From the NCBI GenBank assembly GCA_030765535.1, contig JAVCCH010000025.1:7871-71870 (forward strand): 64,000 bases of DNA, in the 5' to 3' direction. Shown piece after piece: positions 10,048-20,799 of the stretch. The notes beneath the pieces were generated by a model. The model saw only the letters and a program-made list of their open reading frames with translations. It searched no databases and had not been told where the DNA came from. Position 1 is the first letter of the stretch, and each line of letters opens with the position of its first letter. Source of the DNA: Candidatus Tenebribacter davisii. Its GTDB lineage: Bacteria > Cloacimonadota > Cloacimonadia > Cloacimonadales > TCS61. The translations under genes and the position numbers were made by a program.

Positions 10048-10996
10048 TAATGTCTTCCTTAAAATCATTTCTACTGAAAGGTTTTCCATCTTTATAGATA
10101 ACTTTTAATTTAGGTTTTTTAATAGCATCCTTCATCAGTTCAGGATAATCTCCAAACTCACTCTTTTTAAATTCCCGAATCGGTAGTATCAACCTTCTAA
10201 ATTCTTTTACAGCTATTTCTTCTGGATTCAAACAATTCCATTTTTCCAAGGATTCCTGCTTAATAAATTGATCGATTTCAGGAAATTTATCCAGCTGGAA
10301 CTGCCAGTACAACCAGAAAAAACGATACAAAATTTTACGAAGTGGTTTAGCACTGCCTATATGCACAAAAAAGATTTGTTTTAATCTTTTAATCTTATAA
10401 AAAAATGGAAACTTTATATACTCATATTTCCCCTTTTTTATATATTTCAAACTTGGGTGCCAAGTGTGTATATAACCTTCTGAATTAGTTTCGCTACCAT
10501 TCTTTACATGAAACAGATCACCAGCAAAACTGATCGTGATAGGGTATATTAGATAGTGTTTTTTTATATTCAATTTTAACAGATATTCTCGAAGATTTTT
10601 TATGTTCCTCTCTTCTGAAGTATAGGCGATAAAATCAGAATCCCAACGGAAAATCCATCGATAAGAAGTTAGTGCAAGGGCATAATTACTGACCTTACAG
10701 ATGTCATTAGATATTTCATTAACTACAATGAGCTTGAATCTAAGTTTCTTACGTATTTTCTCAATTTCATCCAAAGTGCGATCAATTGAATTATTATTCA
10801 CGATAATCACTTCGTCAGCAAATTTATTTATTGAAAGTAAAGATTTAGCAATCCATTCTTCTTCATCTCTCACCCGAATCATTATGCTGATGCCATTTTC
10901 CCTTTTTACATTAGGTATTAAGAACTGAAATAAGCTTGCTGGATATGAAATAATAAACTTAATATTTTGCCGTAAAGTATATTTATGTTTAATCAT
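10031..10996 (-). CDS. Glycosyltransferase family 2
   Basis: 'SIMIRVRDEEEWI', 'VIIVNNNSIDRT' and DxD in 'FRWDSDF'; start at 10996 after AAGAGG, overlapping the aroB stop. Confidence 0.85.
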   Translation of the reverse strand: MIKHKYTLRQNIKFIISYPASLFQFLIPNVKRENGISIMIRVRDEEEWIAKSLLSINKFADEVIIVNNNSIDRTLDEIEKIRKKLRFKLIVVNEISNDICKVSNYALALTSYRWIFRWDSDFIAYTSEERNIKNLREYLLKLNIKKHYLIYPITISFAGDLFHVKNGSETNSEGYIHTWHPSLKYIKKGKYEYIKFPFFYKIKRLKQIFFVHIGSAKPLRKILYRFFWLYWQFQLDKFPEIDQFIKQESLEKWNCLNPEEIAVKEFRRLILPIREFKKSEFGDYPELMKDAIKKPKLKVIYKDGKPFSRNDFKEDIIRKST

Positions 10997-12014
10997 CTGA
11001 AACCTCTTGGAATAAACTAATAATTTCATTTAACTCATCAGTTCTATATATAAATAATTTTTGTAATCCTTTGAACAGGACCAGGTTAAGCTTATCATCA
11101 GCTTTCTTATCCTGTTTCAGAATAGATTCTCCATTTCTCATGATCTCAGGAAGATATTTAGAATTGAATGATACTGGAAGTGCAAATTTTTCTAATCGTT
11201 TTATTATCATTTCAAGAATCTCTTGATTAATAAAACCCCTTTTTAAACTAAATATCGCTGCGGCTCGAATACCTACAGCAACTGCAGTTCCGTGTGATAT
11301 TTCATAATTTGATATTGATTCTAAAACGTGGCCAAAAGTATGTCCCAAATTTAATAATCTTCTCGAACCTTTATCGTACAGATCATGCTCACATAGTTCA
11401 AGTTTAGTTCTTATCGCCTCCTTAATGACTCCCTCCATATTATAATCTTCTGTAAGAAGGTTTTGTAAATTTGATTGTTGTAAAAAAGACATTTTAATAA
11501 TTTCAGTAATTCCATCTTTATATTCTTTGGTGGGAAGAGTCTTAAGAAAATCTGAACTAATGATCACTTCTTCTGCCGGATAAAAACTTCCAATTCCATT
11601 TTTAATATGTTCGAAATTGAATCCAGTCTTCCCACCAATCGCAGCATCAACCATACCTAGCAACGTTGTAGGTATCAAAACTAATCGGCACCCACGTTTA
11701 TAAGTGGAAGCAGCATACGCTGCTATGTCAGTTGTAACTCCTCCTCCAATAACACAAATTATACTGTTCCTATGTACTTTATTTGTATGAAGAAATTTAT
11801 AAATTCTTTTAAGATAATCGATATTTTTAGTATCTTCATTAGCGTTGTAAATGAAAATCCTAGTTTGATCCTTGATCATCTGAAATAATTTCTCATAAAG
11901 TTTTTTTACTTTAGAATCAATAATAAAGACATGATTTTTCCCAGTTTCATTCACATTTATTAAGTTAGAAATATACTTAATATTCATATTATTATTTATA
12001 AATTTTAATTTCAT
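10989..12014 (-). CDS. aroB: 3-dehydroquinate synthase (sugar-phosphate cyclase family)
   Basis: 'IGGGVTTDIA', 'PTTLLGMVDAAIGGKTG', 'GITEIIK', 'LNLGHTFGHVLE' and 'HGTAVAVG' (metal ligands E/H/H present). Confidence 0.85.
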   Translation of the reverse strand: MKLKFINNNMNIKYISNLINVNETGKNHVFIIDSKVKKLYEKLFQMIKDQTRIFIYNANEDTKNIDYLKRIYKFLHTNKVHRNSIICVIGGGVTTDIAAYAASTYKRGCRLVLIPTTLLGMVDAAIGGKTGFNFEHIKNGIGSFYPAEEVIISSDFLKTLPTKEYKDGITEIIKMSFLQQSNLQNLLTEDYNMEGVIKEAIRTKLELCEHDLYDKGSRRLLNLGHTFGHVLESISNYEISHGTAVAVGIRAAAIFSLKRGFINQEILEMIIKRLEKFALPVSFNSKYLPEIMRNGESILKQDKKADDKLNLVLFKGLQKLFIYRTDELNEIISLFQEVSDD

Positions 12015-13476
12015 TTTTCCTGTCTTTCATCAGTATCTTAAACAAATTTTGTATTTGTTCATCTCTTCTCAAGATTAATAATACCAATACAATAATCACT
12101 GCAAATATAGCAGTTTTAATTATAAATAGATTCAAACTTAATAGTAGGCAGTTATTGATAATAGTTGCGCTCATAAGGATAAATAATCCCAAAAAGATCA
12201 GGAAAATTGGATATTTAATTTTATACAAATATGTAGCCATGGAATAGTTAAAAATTACTATGAAGAGATAAGCTACGATAGAAGCAATACCAGCTCCAAA
12301 AATTCCAAATCTAGGAATAAGAATAAAGTTTAATGCAATATTCAGAAGCGATCCCAGTAGAACTGCTAATGTAATATTTCCTGCTTTCTTTCTAATATAA
12401 AAATTAATACAAATTATATTGAATATGCCATGCAAAAATGAAGATATCACACCAGCAAAAACAATTTTATAAGATTCCAGGTAATTCGAATCAATAATAA
12501 ACCGGAAGATTTCTTGAGAATACAAAATAATCAAAGCTCCAAAAAGCGATCCAATAATTATGTAATACTTAAACATGTTTTTATTCAATTCTTGTGCTTG
12601 TGGCTGCCTGGCAATCTTCATGGCGTATGGCAAATAAACTAAGCTAATAAGCGTTACAACAAAGTGCATGATCATCCCAATTCTATAGCCGGCAGAATAA
12701 ATACCTACATCATACATGGTTTTAGCAGAAAGATATGTAAGCATATAACGATCTGAAGCCTGCAAGATAAGCATAGATATGGTTCCAGGTATCATGATAA
12801 TGCCAAATTTTAACATGGATGCTGTAATTTCTAATGAAAAATATTTTCTATCTACCGGTGGGATCTGCATTTTTTGCATTATTTTTAAAATCTGACTAAT
12901 TCCAATTAAAGAGGCAATTACTGAAGCAATTGCCAGGAAAATAAAATAATACTCAACAGAAAATTTATTCTTTAAAGAAAATAAGATTATTAATAATAAT
13001 ACAATGATGTTCTGAATAGCACTAATTATGGCGTAATGCCTTGACTTCTCCATAATATTTAGAAGACTGAGTGATATAGAAAACAACATATTAAAGAATA
13101 GAATAATAGCAATACAATAAAATAGATTGGAGTAATTAATTGAACGAAGAACTAGCTGAGAAAGCTGAACTCTATAGATGATTATCAAACTAGATAAGAT
13201 CAAACCTACAATTATTAGAACAATAAGAATTGAAGAAATTAAAGAAAATTTATAGGAATTAGAATCTACATCATAAAAATGTGAGAATAAAGCCTGGTGA
13301 ATACCAAGAAGATATATTAAACTAGCAAATGAGAAAAAGATCATCAAATTTGTATAGATAGCATATTCTTCCGGTAGCATGAAATGCGTAAAAATTGGTA
13401 ATAAGATTATTAGCAGAATTTTATTAAAAAAGTTTCCTGCAGCGTATTCTATAGTCTTCTTAAAATACTGGTTCAT
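11992..13476 (-). CDS. Wzx-type polysaccharide flippase (MOP family)
   Basis: 12-14 TM helices; 'LLPIFTHFMLPEEYAIY' and 'SDRYML...VGIYSAGYRI' motifs. Confidence 0.85.
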   Translation of the reverse strand: MNQYFKKTIEYAAGNFFNKILLIILLPIFTHFMLPEEYAIYTNLMIFFSFASLIYLLGIHQALFSHFYDVDSNSYKFSLISSILIVLIIVGLILSSLIIIYRVQLSQLVLRSINYSNLFYCIAIILFFNMLFSISLSLLNIMEKSRHYAIISAIQNIIVLLLIILFSLKNKFSVEYYFIFLAIASVIASLIGISQILKIMQKMQIPPVDRKYFSLEITASMLKFGIIMIPGTISMLILQASDRYMLTYLSAKTMYDVGIYSAGYRIGMIMHFVVTLISLVYLPYAMKIARQPQAQELNKNMFKYYIIIGSLFGALIILYSQEIFRFIIDSNYLESYKIVFAGVISSFLHGIFNIICINFYIRKKAGNITLAVLLGSLLNIALNFILIPRFGIFGAGIASIVAYLFIVIFNYSMATYLYKIKYPIFLIFLGLFILMSATIINNCLLLSLNLFIIKTAIFAVIIVLVLLILRRDEQIQNLFKILMKDRKNEIKIYK

Positions 13477-14510
13477 TTATTCAAAACACTTTTATACATT
13501 TGTAAAGTCTCTTTTGCAATCACAGACCATACAAAATTTTTCTTAATATGATCACTAAGCTGTGATGATCTTGGTTTGTTCAGTGCTGTTTGTATTGCTT
13601 TTTGAATCGAACTTACTAAATGAGGATTAGGATATTCAGCAAGATCACCAAAATATTCTTTAGTCCCCCCATTGGGTGTTATTACAATATTTGCTCCAGC
13701 AAGGCCTGCTTCCAGAGCTGATCTTCCGGGAGTTTCATATTTTGTAGGTAAAATAAAAGTATGACAAGCAGCATAGGCAGAAGCAAATAGTGGATCATCA
13801 TGATTCAACCACTCTATTAATTTAATGTTCTTGCTCTTATTAATTTCAGCTCTACACCATTCACCTTCCTGATTATGCAAAATATCAGCAATAATTACAG
13901 ATGGATGATCGATTTGCTGCAAGGCACTGATTACTTTTACTCCATTCTTCCTTTCTGCTCCCAAATGTCCTACATAAAGAATAAAATTTTTCAAACCATA
14001 TTTTTTTTGGAACAAACTAGAGCTCGCATCAGCAAAACGTTTTTCTACTCCGTTATGGATCACCTGTATTTTATTTTTATCTACTCCCATACCCTTAACT
14101 AATAGATTACCTTCATCAACTGTATTAGGAAGGACCTTTTCAGCATTATTGCATATTTGTTCAGTTATTCTGTAATCTGAAATTGAACGTACGAACAACT
14201 TATTCAAAGGTTTTTCTAAAGTCTGATATAGCTTGATTTTCCAAGCAGGATGATTACTGAATATAATCGGATTCACAACATACTTTGCACCATAAAGTTT
14301 AAGATTATTTGCAAGTGAAAAGGTGCTGGTATTAGATAAAAATATGTGAACAAGATCATCATCTGTTAGCTTCAAATTGAAATCCCACATATCGAAAAAT
14401 TTAACATCAACTCCAAGTTTTTCCAACGCTTTCTTCAAATGTAATAGTTTGTAGGTTGGACCACCACGATTCAACATTATTGATTGATAACTGGCTAAAT
14501 GTATTCTCAT
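13473..14510 (-). CDS. Glycosyltransferase family 4
   Basis: 'VIHNGV', 'ILYVGHL' and the ExxGxxxxEA motif 'YETPGRSALEA'. Confidence 0.9.
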   Translation of the reverse strand: MRIHLASYQSIMLNRGGPTYKLLHLKKALEKLGVDVKFFDMWDFNLKLTDDDLVHIFLSNTSTFSLANNLKLYGAKYVVNPIIFSNHPAWKIKLYQTLEKPLNKLFVRSISDYRITEQICNNAEKVLPNTVDEGNLLVKGMGVDKNKIQVIHNGVEKRFADASSSLFQKKYGLKNFILYVGHLGAERKNGVKVISALQQIDHPSVIIADILHNQEGEWCRAEINKSKNIKLIEWLNHDDPLFASAYAACHTFILPTKYETPGRSALEAGLAGANIVITPNGGTKEYFGDLAEYPNPHLVSSIQKAIQTALNKPRSSQLSDHIKKNFVWSVIAKETLQMYKSVLNK

Positions 14511-14522
14511 ATATCTTCCTGA

Positions 14523-16046
14523 TTATTTAAAAGTTTTTTTACTTCTTCCCGATTCATAATTATATAACATATCTCGCCAATGAAACTTACGAGTTCTTCT
14601 CAGATCTTTTTTTACTTTTACTTTTGAATGTTGTTTGAAAGAAATTTCATCAATTTTGATCTCTCTTTTTTTTGAAATTGTATATCCATCTTTTGTTGAT
14701 ATTTTAACGAATACATTTTGCGAATCATAATTTATATTAATTTTATTGTCTTTATAATTAAATTCAGGATTAAGTTTACTTCTTTCTCTCCACCATTCAC
14801 TAAATTCTTTCATACTCATGTTACAAAAATTCTTTGAATTCACATGTTGAAAGATCTTATCAAAAATGTTTAGATACTTATGATGAGGATGATGATAAAT
14901 TATAATAGGTTCTCCGGAAAGCTTTTTTTCTTCTAAAATATCTAAATAATATTGTAACATTTCATCTTCACTTAAATGCGAACGATGCAGCCTTCCTAAA
15001 CTGATTGGATGAATTGGAATTTGCAGAACATTTGAAAATTCAGTATTGCAAAATGGATAAAATGGAAGATCATCATAGTCAAGAGTAAATTCAGAAGAGT
15101 ATCTTAACTTCATTTTCTGTAGAGCTATATCCAGAGAAGTATTCCAAGCACCAAAAGGAGCAGCAAAGCCAGCAGCTTTAATCCCACATTTTTTTAACTT
15201 TTCATCCGCCCTCTGAATATTTTTGTAATTCTCCCCAATGCTATTATACACATAGTGTTTGTCACAATGTAAAGCCATTTCCTGATCTTTCATAGAAGTA
15301 TAATTTCTTATTCTTTCATCTGATTCAGTATCTAAGAACCAGGTAGCTGAAATATTATTTTTTCTGCAAATTTTATACATTTCATCAGCATCTTCAATGG
15401 AACAGAAATCAGTATCAAGCCGAAAAATAAATACATTTTTGTCAATAAATGGCTGATGCCACAAATGAACAAAAGGTAGATCTCTTTTATGATGCAGATA
15501 CTCTAAAGATAATTCAACGATCTTGCGAAGTTTACCTTTTGATACTGTGGAAACAATCTCAGAGGGAAGTTCTTTTCTCGACGTATAGAACTTCTTTCTT
15601 CTTGAATTCGTATTGAGAATCAGATCATTTACATTAAAGGGTAGAATTATGTTAATCCCTCGTTTTAATGAAGTAATTTCTAATCCTTGATCAACACTTC
15701 TCGTTTCTTTTGACTGGAAAATTTTTATCTTTGAATATATATCCACAATTCCAATTTGTGAAAAGGGAGTGCCTTGAGATGCATATAAAGAGTTAACTCG
15801 TTTCATTTTGTAAGAGAATCCATCAATTTCTGAATTATCAGCATAAAGCACTGCTCCACCAGAATCCAAAAATTTTTCAATAATTTTAGTTTCTTCGGAA
15901 TTATGAGTTTCAGTAATAATTATCACTGAAAATTCATTGAGTAAAATCGGTTTTAATAAAGAGAATTTTGAAAAACTTACACCTATCTGTTTAAGAACTA
16001 TCTCCCATCCAGGTTTTATGTAATCGATTCCAATTTTCAAGTTCAT
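14523..16046 (-). CDS. Polysaccharide deacetylase (NodB-fold) family protein
   Basis: 'FRLDTDF' (D-x-D), 'ALHCDKH' (HxxxH) and 'GFAAPFG' motifs. Confidence 0.65.
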   Translation of the reverse strand: MNLKIGIDYIKPGWEIVLKQIGVSFSKFSLLKPILLNEFSVIIITETHNSEETKIIEKFLDSGGAVLYADNSEIDGFSYKMKRVNSLYASQGTPFSQIGIVDIYSKIKIFQSKETRSVDQGLEITSLKRGINIILPFNVNDLILNTNSRRKKFYTSRKELPSEIVSTVSKGKLRKIVELSLEYLHHKRDLPFVHLWHQPFIDKNVFIFRLDTDFCSIEDADEMYKICRKNNISATWFLDTESDERIRNYTSMKDQEMALHCDKHYVYNSIGENYKNIQRADEKLKKCGIKAAGFAAPFGAWNTSLDIALQKMKLRYSSEFTLDYDDLPFYPFCNTEFSNVLQIPIHPISLGRLHRSHLSEDEMLQYYLDILEEKKLSGEPIIIYHHPHHKYLNIFDKIFQHVNSKNFCNMSMKEFSEWWRERSKLNPEFNYKDNKININYDSQNVFVKISTKDGYTISKKREIKIDEISFKQHSKVKVKKDLRRTRKFHWRDMLYNYESGRSKKTFK

Positions 16047-17050
16047 TTAAAATCCTCAATTATTTTTCTAAGCTGTTTTTCTCTGCTTTTCAAAGAAAAA
16101 TTATCCAGGATATGTTTTCTGAATATTTTACCGCTCTTCATGCTTAGTGCTTCTTGAATTGCTTTAGCTGTGTCCTTGGGATCATTAAATGGAACATAGA
16201 AAGCTGATTCTCCAGCAACTTCAGGTAAAGCTCCTTTACTTGTAACAACAGGGATACATTCACAGAGCATTGCTTCAGCAAGCGATATTCCAAAACCTTC
16301 GTGAGCAGATACCTGCAAATACACCTTTGCTTCCTGCAAATACTTCAACAATGTATCATCTTTAACAAAACCAGTAAAAGCAACGTTGTCAGGAGCAATT
16401 GACCTGAGATATTCTATTGAATCATCAATATGTTTCCCAATCAATATGAATTCAATACCAGGAAGAAACTCAGCACTTTTTACAAATGTTTCCAATCCTT
16501 TACGCTGTAAATTTTCTCTGGTTATATTACCAACTGTTACTACAATATTTTTCTTATTTCCAATGGGATAAAATAAATCTTTTTGAACTCCATTATAGAC
16601 TAATTTCAGTTGTTTAGTTACAAAATTATTCTCAATCTCTTGCCTATTTGAACGCGAAACTGCAAGTGTAAGATCTGCATTCCTGAGTATGTATTTTACT
16701 TTCTTGACGTTTCGTGGATTTAGCATTCCACCATAATCAATCTCAGGAACGTGTGCAACTTCATAACCACCAACCACAACAATGCTTTTCTTATGCAATA
16801 ATCGGGCGAAAATTACAGCTATAAAAGCTGGAAGTTCAGCAAACCAACAATAGATGAAGTCTGTTTTACATGTTTCGATAAAAATATTGCAAGCTAAGAT
16901 TACCAATTTAAATATATTTCTACTCTTTGGTATTTGAATTGTTTTAACAATTGCAAATTTATTTAATATTTTCCTGTCTTTGCGCACAAAAGTAGAATTG
17001 TAGGCTGAAAGGAACAGTATGGTTTTCTTCATATTAGAATTATCTGACAA
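16043..17050 (-). CDS. Glycosyltransferase family 4
   Basis: 'VYNGV', 'RKGLETF' and 'HEGFGISLAEAM'; the start may be 17032. Confidence 0.9.
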   Translation of the reverse strand: MSDNSNMKKTILFLSAYNSTFVRKDRKILNKFAIVKTIQIPKSRNIFKLVILACNIFIETCKTDFIYCWFAELPAFIAVIFARLLHKKSIVVVGGYEVAHVPEIDYGGMLNPRNVKKVKYILRNADLTLAVSRSNRQEIENNFVTKQLKLVYNGVQKDLFYPIGNKKNIVVTVGNITRENLQRKGLETFVKSAEFLPGIEFILIGKHIDDSIEYLRSIAPDNVAFTGFVKDDTLLKYLQEAKVYLQVSAHEGFGISLAEAMLCECIPVVTSKGALPEVAGESAFYVPFNDPKDTAKAIQEALSMKSGKIFRKHILDNFSLKSREKQLRKIIEDFK

Positions 17051-19418
17051 GAACTATTTTCCCTTTTGAAGTTTGCCCTTCAGCGGCTGAAACAACATAG
17101 AAATAAATCCCTGAACTACATTTTTTCCCAGCTTTATTCAGTCCATCCCAGCTAAATTGTTCATATATATCTTTTTCCATTTCAATCACCAAGATTCCTT
17201 CCAGATCAAAGATTCTGCAATAAGTATTCCCCGCAGGCATAGTAATGGATCCTACATTCTCAATCCGCAAAAGTTCACCATTCTCAGGATAATAAGGATT
17301 CGGATATACTACAGTATCAAAAAGCTCAGTTTCCTGATTCATATCAGCGGAAATACCAATTTCTACGGAATTCATTCCGGAATTTGTTCCAATATATAAT
17401 GTTCCGGTTTTCGCCTCATAAGCAAAAGTGGTAATTGTATTTGAAATCAATGGACTATTATCAGTAGTTATATTCGTGAATTTATCTCTACTGGTATCAA
17501 ATATCGTAATTCCAGCATTCTGAGTTCCAATCCATAGCATCCCAAAGGGATCTGTAAAAAGAGCTGTCGGATAGGTCGGTATTGAACCGTAAAGTCTTTC
17601 CTGCCCTTCATAATACCAGTATTCAGGATCGGGGATATCCGCATTCCAGAACCACTCATTATCACTCCAGACTTTCTTCTTAATTGTTGTACCAAACCAG
17701 AACCAATCTATTCCATCGAACATGAAAAGCCCCGTGCCAGAAGCTACCCAAACTTCTTCAATTCCATCTACAATTCTAGATTCCATTGCATGGATCAAAC
17801 CAGTTCGCAATTCAGATGAAGGTGGGTAAATCCAATCTTGACCATTAGTAACGGGATCAGTATCATTATCCCAATATTGTACTCCTTTATTAAGAGTTCC
17901 AAAAAATCTATAATTTTCTCCAATTAAGGACATAATATTATATTGGTTTTCATCAAATTCTGTTTGGAAAGTGTGAGAAATAGAGTCATTATTTACAGTT
18001 TCTGCAATGGCAACTCCACCCATATATGAAATCCACATCCTATCATTTTCTGGAGTTAGCTTAGTTGTATAAGATGAAGAGAGCCCCGTGAGAAATGAAA
18101 ACTCATCCTGACCTTCATCTAGAATACTAATTCCACCATTACCAGGTGTAATAAACTGCCAACAGGAAAACCATTTTCTATTGCTACTATCGATAGCAAT
18201 ATCATATACGTTATTATTTCTTAATGCTGGGTATTTTTTAGATGTATAATTTTCCCAAATTTCCCCATCAAAACTACAAACACCTTTGGTTCCTCTTCCT
18301 AATTGCTGTAATCCATAATAACCTGATGCTAACCATAATTTATTGCCATAATCAATCTCTATATCGGTTATTAAATTAGCTGAAATACAATTTGCTTTCA
18401 CATTTGTATCCCATTCATTTTCAGAAAGAAGAAATAATCCCTCTCCCCAGGTAAAAACGGATATTTGATCATTAATCTCTCTAAATCCTTTAATTTTTGT
18501 TGTGGTTAATCCGTTTTCATTTTTTTCCCAAGTATCTAAATTTCCATTTGCAGAAATTCTTGCAACAGCGACATCCATAGTATCTGTAAGAACCAATCTA
18601 TCTAAATCCCAATTACCGTAACTATACCATAAATTTATTTGATCATCAACAAAAACTGGATAAATTGATTTACCTTCATCTATCAATATTGCTTGAGAAA
18701 AATCATATAAATTTTCAGAAAATAAAATACCGTTATCGGTACCAATAGCTGTTACCCCTAATGAAATTGATATTGAAGAAATATTATTGCTTGGTAAAAT
18801 TGAGTTATCAATATTTATATGATTCCATGATTGAATTGTTTCTAAAGAATCTATATGGACAAAATCTAATCCTGTATTAGTCCCAAAAAAGATATATCCT
18901 TCTTGGGTTAACTGCATAGAAGTAACATTATTAGCAGAAAGTCCATTTTCTATATTATAATTATTTAAAAGAAGTGGGAATGGAAAATCTGCTTCATCTT
19001 TGAAACAACTTACTCCAAATTTAGTAGCTACAAATATAAGAGAATCATTATGGGTAATAACATTCACAATATTTGATTGTAAACCTAATGTTTCAGTAAG
19101 TGGTGTTAAAAATTTGTTATCTTTGATCCTGTTAATACCATTCCCGGCAGTTCCAACCATTATTTCATTTGACCCTTCCAGATAATCAAGGGCACGAATA
19201 TCATTACTATCTAATCCATCAATTGTTGTTAGAGTTTCTCCAAATGAATTATTGTTAAGGTGAAAATTCACTAATCCACCCCAAGTAGCAAAATACAACT
19301 CATTGTTATTTTCTAATACATCAAAAATATAAGTTGTGTTTGTATATGTTTTCCAATTTTTAAGTGCAAATAACCCTGTTGCAATTATCAACATAACTAT
19401 AACTAACTTGTTTCTCAT
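17040..19418 (-). CDS. PorZ-like double beta-propeller protein with a PorZ-type C-terminal domain
   Basis: Signal peptide; 'WKTYTN...LYFATWGGL...TTIDGLDSNDIRAL' two-component-regulator propeller repeats; CTD 'VYPNPY.P...WDGLNKAGKKCSSGIYFY...KGKIVLVR'. Confidence 0.7.
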   Translation of the reverse strand: MRNKLVIVMLIIATGLFALKNWKTYTNTTYIFDVLENNNELYFATWGGLVNFHLNNNSFGETLTTIDGLDSNDIRALDYLEGSNEIMVGTAGNGINRIKDNKFLTPLTETLGLQSNIVNVITHNDSLIFVATKFGVSCFKDEADFPFPLLLNNYNIENGLSANNVTSMQLTQEGYIFFGTNTGLDFVHIDSLETIQSWNHINIDNSILPSNNISSISISLGVTAIGTDNGILFSENLYDFSQAILIDEGKSIYPVFVDDQINLWYSYGNWDLDRLVLTDTMDVAVARISANGNLDTWEKNENGLTTTKIKGFREINDQISVFTWGEGLFLLSENEWDTNVKANCISANLITDIEIDYGNKLWLASGYYGLQQLGRGTKGVCSFDGEIWENYTSKKYPALRNNNVYDIAIDSSNRKWFSCWQFITPGNGGISILDEGQDEFSFLTGLSSSYTTKLTPENDRMWISYMGGVAIAETVNNDSISHTFQTEFDENQYNIMSLIGENYRFFGTLNKGVQYWDNDTDPVTNGQDWIYPPSSELRTGLIHAMESRIVDGIEEVWVASGTGLFMFDGIDWFWFGTTIKKKVWSDNEWFWNADIPDPEYWYYEGQERLYGSIPTYPTALFTDPFGMLWIGTQNAGITIFDTSRDKFTNITTDNSPLISNTITTFAYEAKTGTLYIGTNSGMNSVEIGISADMNQETELFDTVVYPNPYYPENGELLRIENVGSITMPAGNTYCRIFDLEGILVIEMEKDIYEQFSWDGLNKAGKKCSSGIYFYVVSAAEGQTSKGKIVLVR

Positions 19419-19422
19419 TAGA

Positions 19423-20799
19423 TTACCTCCCCTTTCTAGACAATATCGTACTGATAGTCTTTAATAAAATATTAAAATCTAAAAGAACTGACCTTTTTTT
19501 TATATAATAAAGATCATATTGAAGTTTCTTTAATGTATCTTCATAAGATGGAGAATGATATTCATTAGATGTTTGATCCCATCCTGTTATCCCTGGTTTA
19601 ATTAGCATTCTTTCATTATAATACGGAATTTGCGTTTCTAACACTTTAACTAATTCTGGTCGTTCGGGTCGTGGACCAATGAAGCTCATTTCCCCTTTTA
19701 AAACATTAATTATTTGAGGAGTTTCATCAAATCTGATTTTACGTAAGAATGAGCCAAAATGAGTAATCCGAATATCATTTTTTTCTGTTGGTGTTGAATT
19801 ATAACCATTTAGCATAGTTCTAAATTTGTAAATAACAAAATTTTTATCATTTTTACCAATTCTATTTTGTGTATAGAATATTTTCCCTTTGCTTTCCAAT
19901 TTAATGATAATTCCTGCAATTATCCAAAATGGAATGGAAACAATAAGGATAATCAATGACAAAATGATATCAAAAATACGTTTAAATAAATCGTAGACTT
20001 TTTTATTTCCTTCAGTAAGATTTTCCAAAAACCAAGATTTATTAATAATCTCTATAGGAACTTTTCCAGTTACATTCTCATAAAAATGGTGTAAACTAAG
20101 AAAGTTTATTTTTAAAGGAAGACATTTGATCAAAATACTACTAAGCTTCTCTGAAGATGAAGGATCAATTACAAGAACTATATTAGTAATCTTATATTTT
20201 TTCGCTAAATCAATCAAATCTGAATCAATATAGTAAATATCAATTTCTGGAAATTGTTTTTTTAACTCATTATTATTATCTTTTATTATGTAGAGAAATT
20301 TAATCTCAAATCCTAAATTTGCTATTTTATCAAACTCTTTTATCATTTGTTCAACTTGAGAATTGTAACCAATTATTGCAATCTGTTCTTTAGGAATATA
20401 GTCTTTAAGTATCCAGTTAAAAATATTTCTCCATAAGAAAAATAATATCGCATATACAATAATAAAAAGAACTAAATTAGTTTTAGGTTCAATTAGAATA
20501 TTTGGTATTATATAGAAAAATACTGCTGAGAATAATCCACAGATCAAAAAACTTCGTAGAGTTAAGTAGTAAAATTTACGGTTATTTACAGCATAATTAA
20601 AGTTATATAATCCTGAAAGATTAAACACAAATAACCAAAATATAAAGAGAATACTGAATGGCTTTAGATGAATTAATACATAACTTTGTTCAGGAAGAGA
20701 AAAAGATCTAATAATTAATGTTAAATATAGAGCCCCATATAATATTACTATATCAATTAGTAGCAAAAGCATTTTTCTAAACTTATTATTCATGATCAC
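19423..20799 (-). CDS. Polyprenyl glycosylphosphotransferase (WcaJ/WbaP-like initiating transferase)
   Basis: 4 N-terminal TMs; 'KRIFDII', 'KFRTM', 'DETPQIINVLKGEMSFIGPRPE', 'KPGITGWDQ' and 'DLYYI'. Confidence 0.93.
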   Translation of the reverse strand: MIMNNKFRKMLLLLIDIVILYGALYLTLIIRSFSLPEQSYVLIHLKPFSILFIFWLFVFNLSGLYNFNYAVNNRKFYYLTLRSFLICGLFSAVFFYIIPNILIEPKTNLVLFIIVYAILFFLWRNIFNWILKDYIPKEQIAIIGYNSQVEQMIKEFDKIANLGFEIKFLYIIKDNNNELKKQFPEIDIYYIDSDLIDLAKKYKITNIVLVIDPSSSEKLSSILIKCLPLKINFLSLHHFYENVTGKVPIEIINKSWFLENLTEGNKKVYDLFKRIFDIILSLIILIVSIPFWIIAGIIIKLESKGKIFYTQNRIGKNDKNFVIYKFRTMLNGYNSTPTEKNDIRITHFGSFLRKIRFDETPQIINVLKGEMSFIGPRPERPELVKVLETQIPYYNERMLIKPGITGWDQTSNEYHSPSYEDTLKKLQYDLYYIKKRSVLLDFNILLKTISTILSRKGR

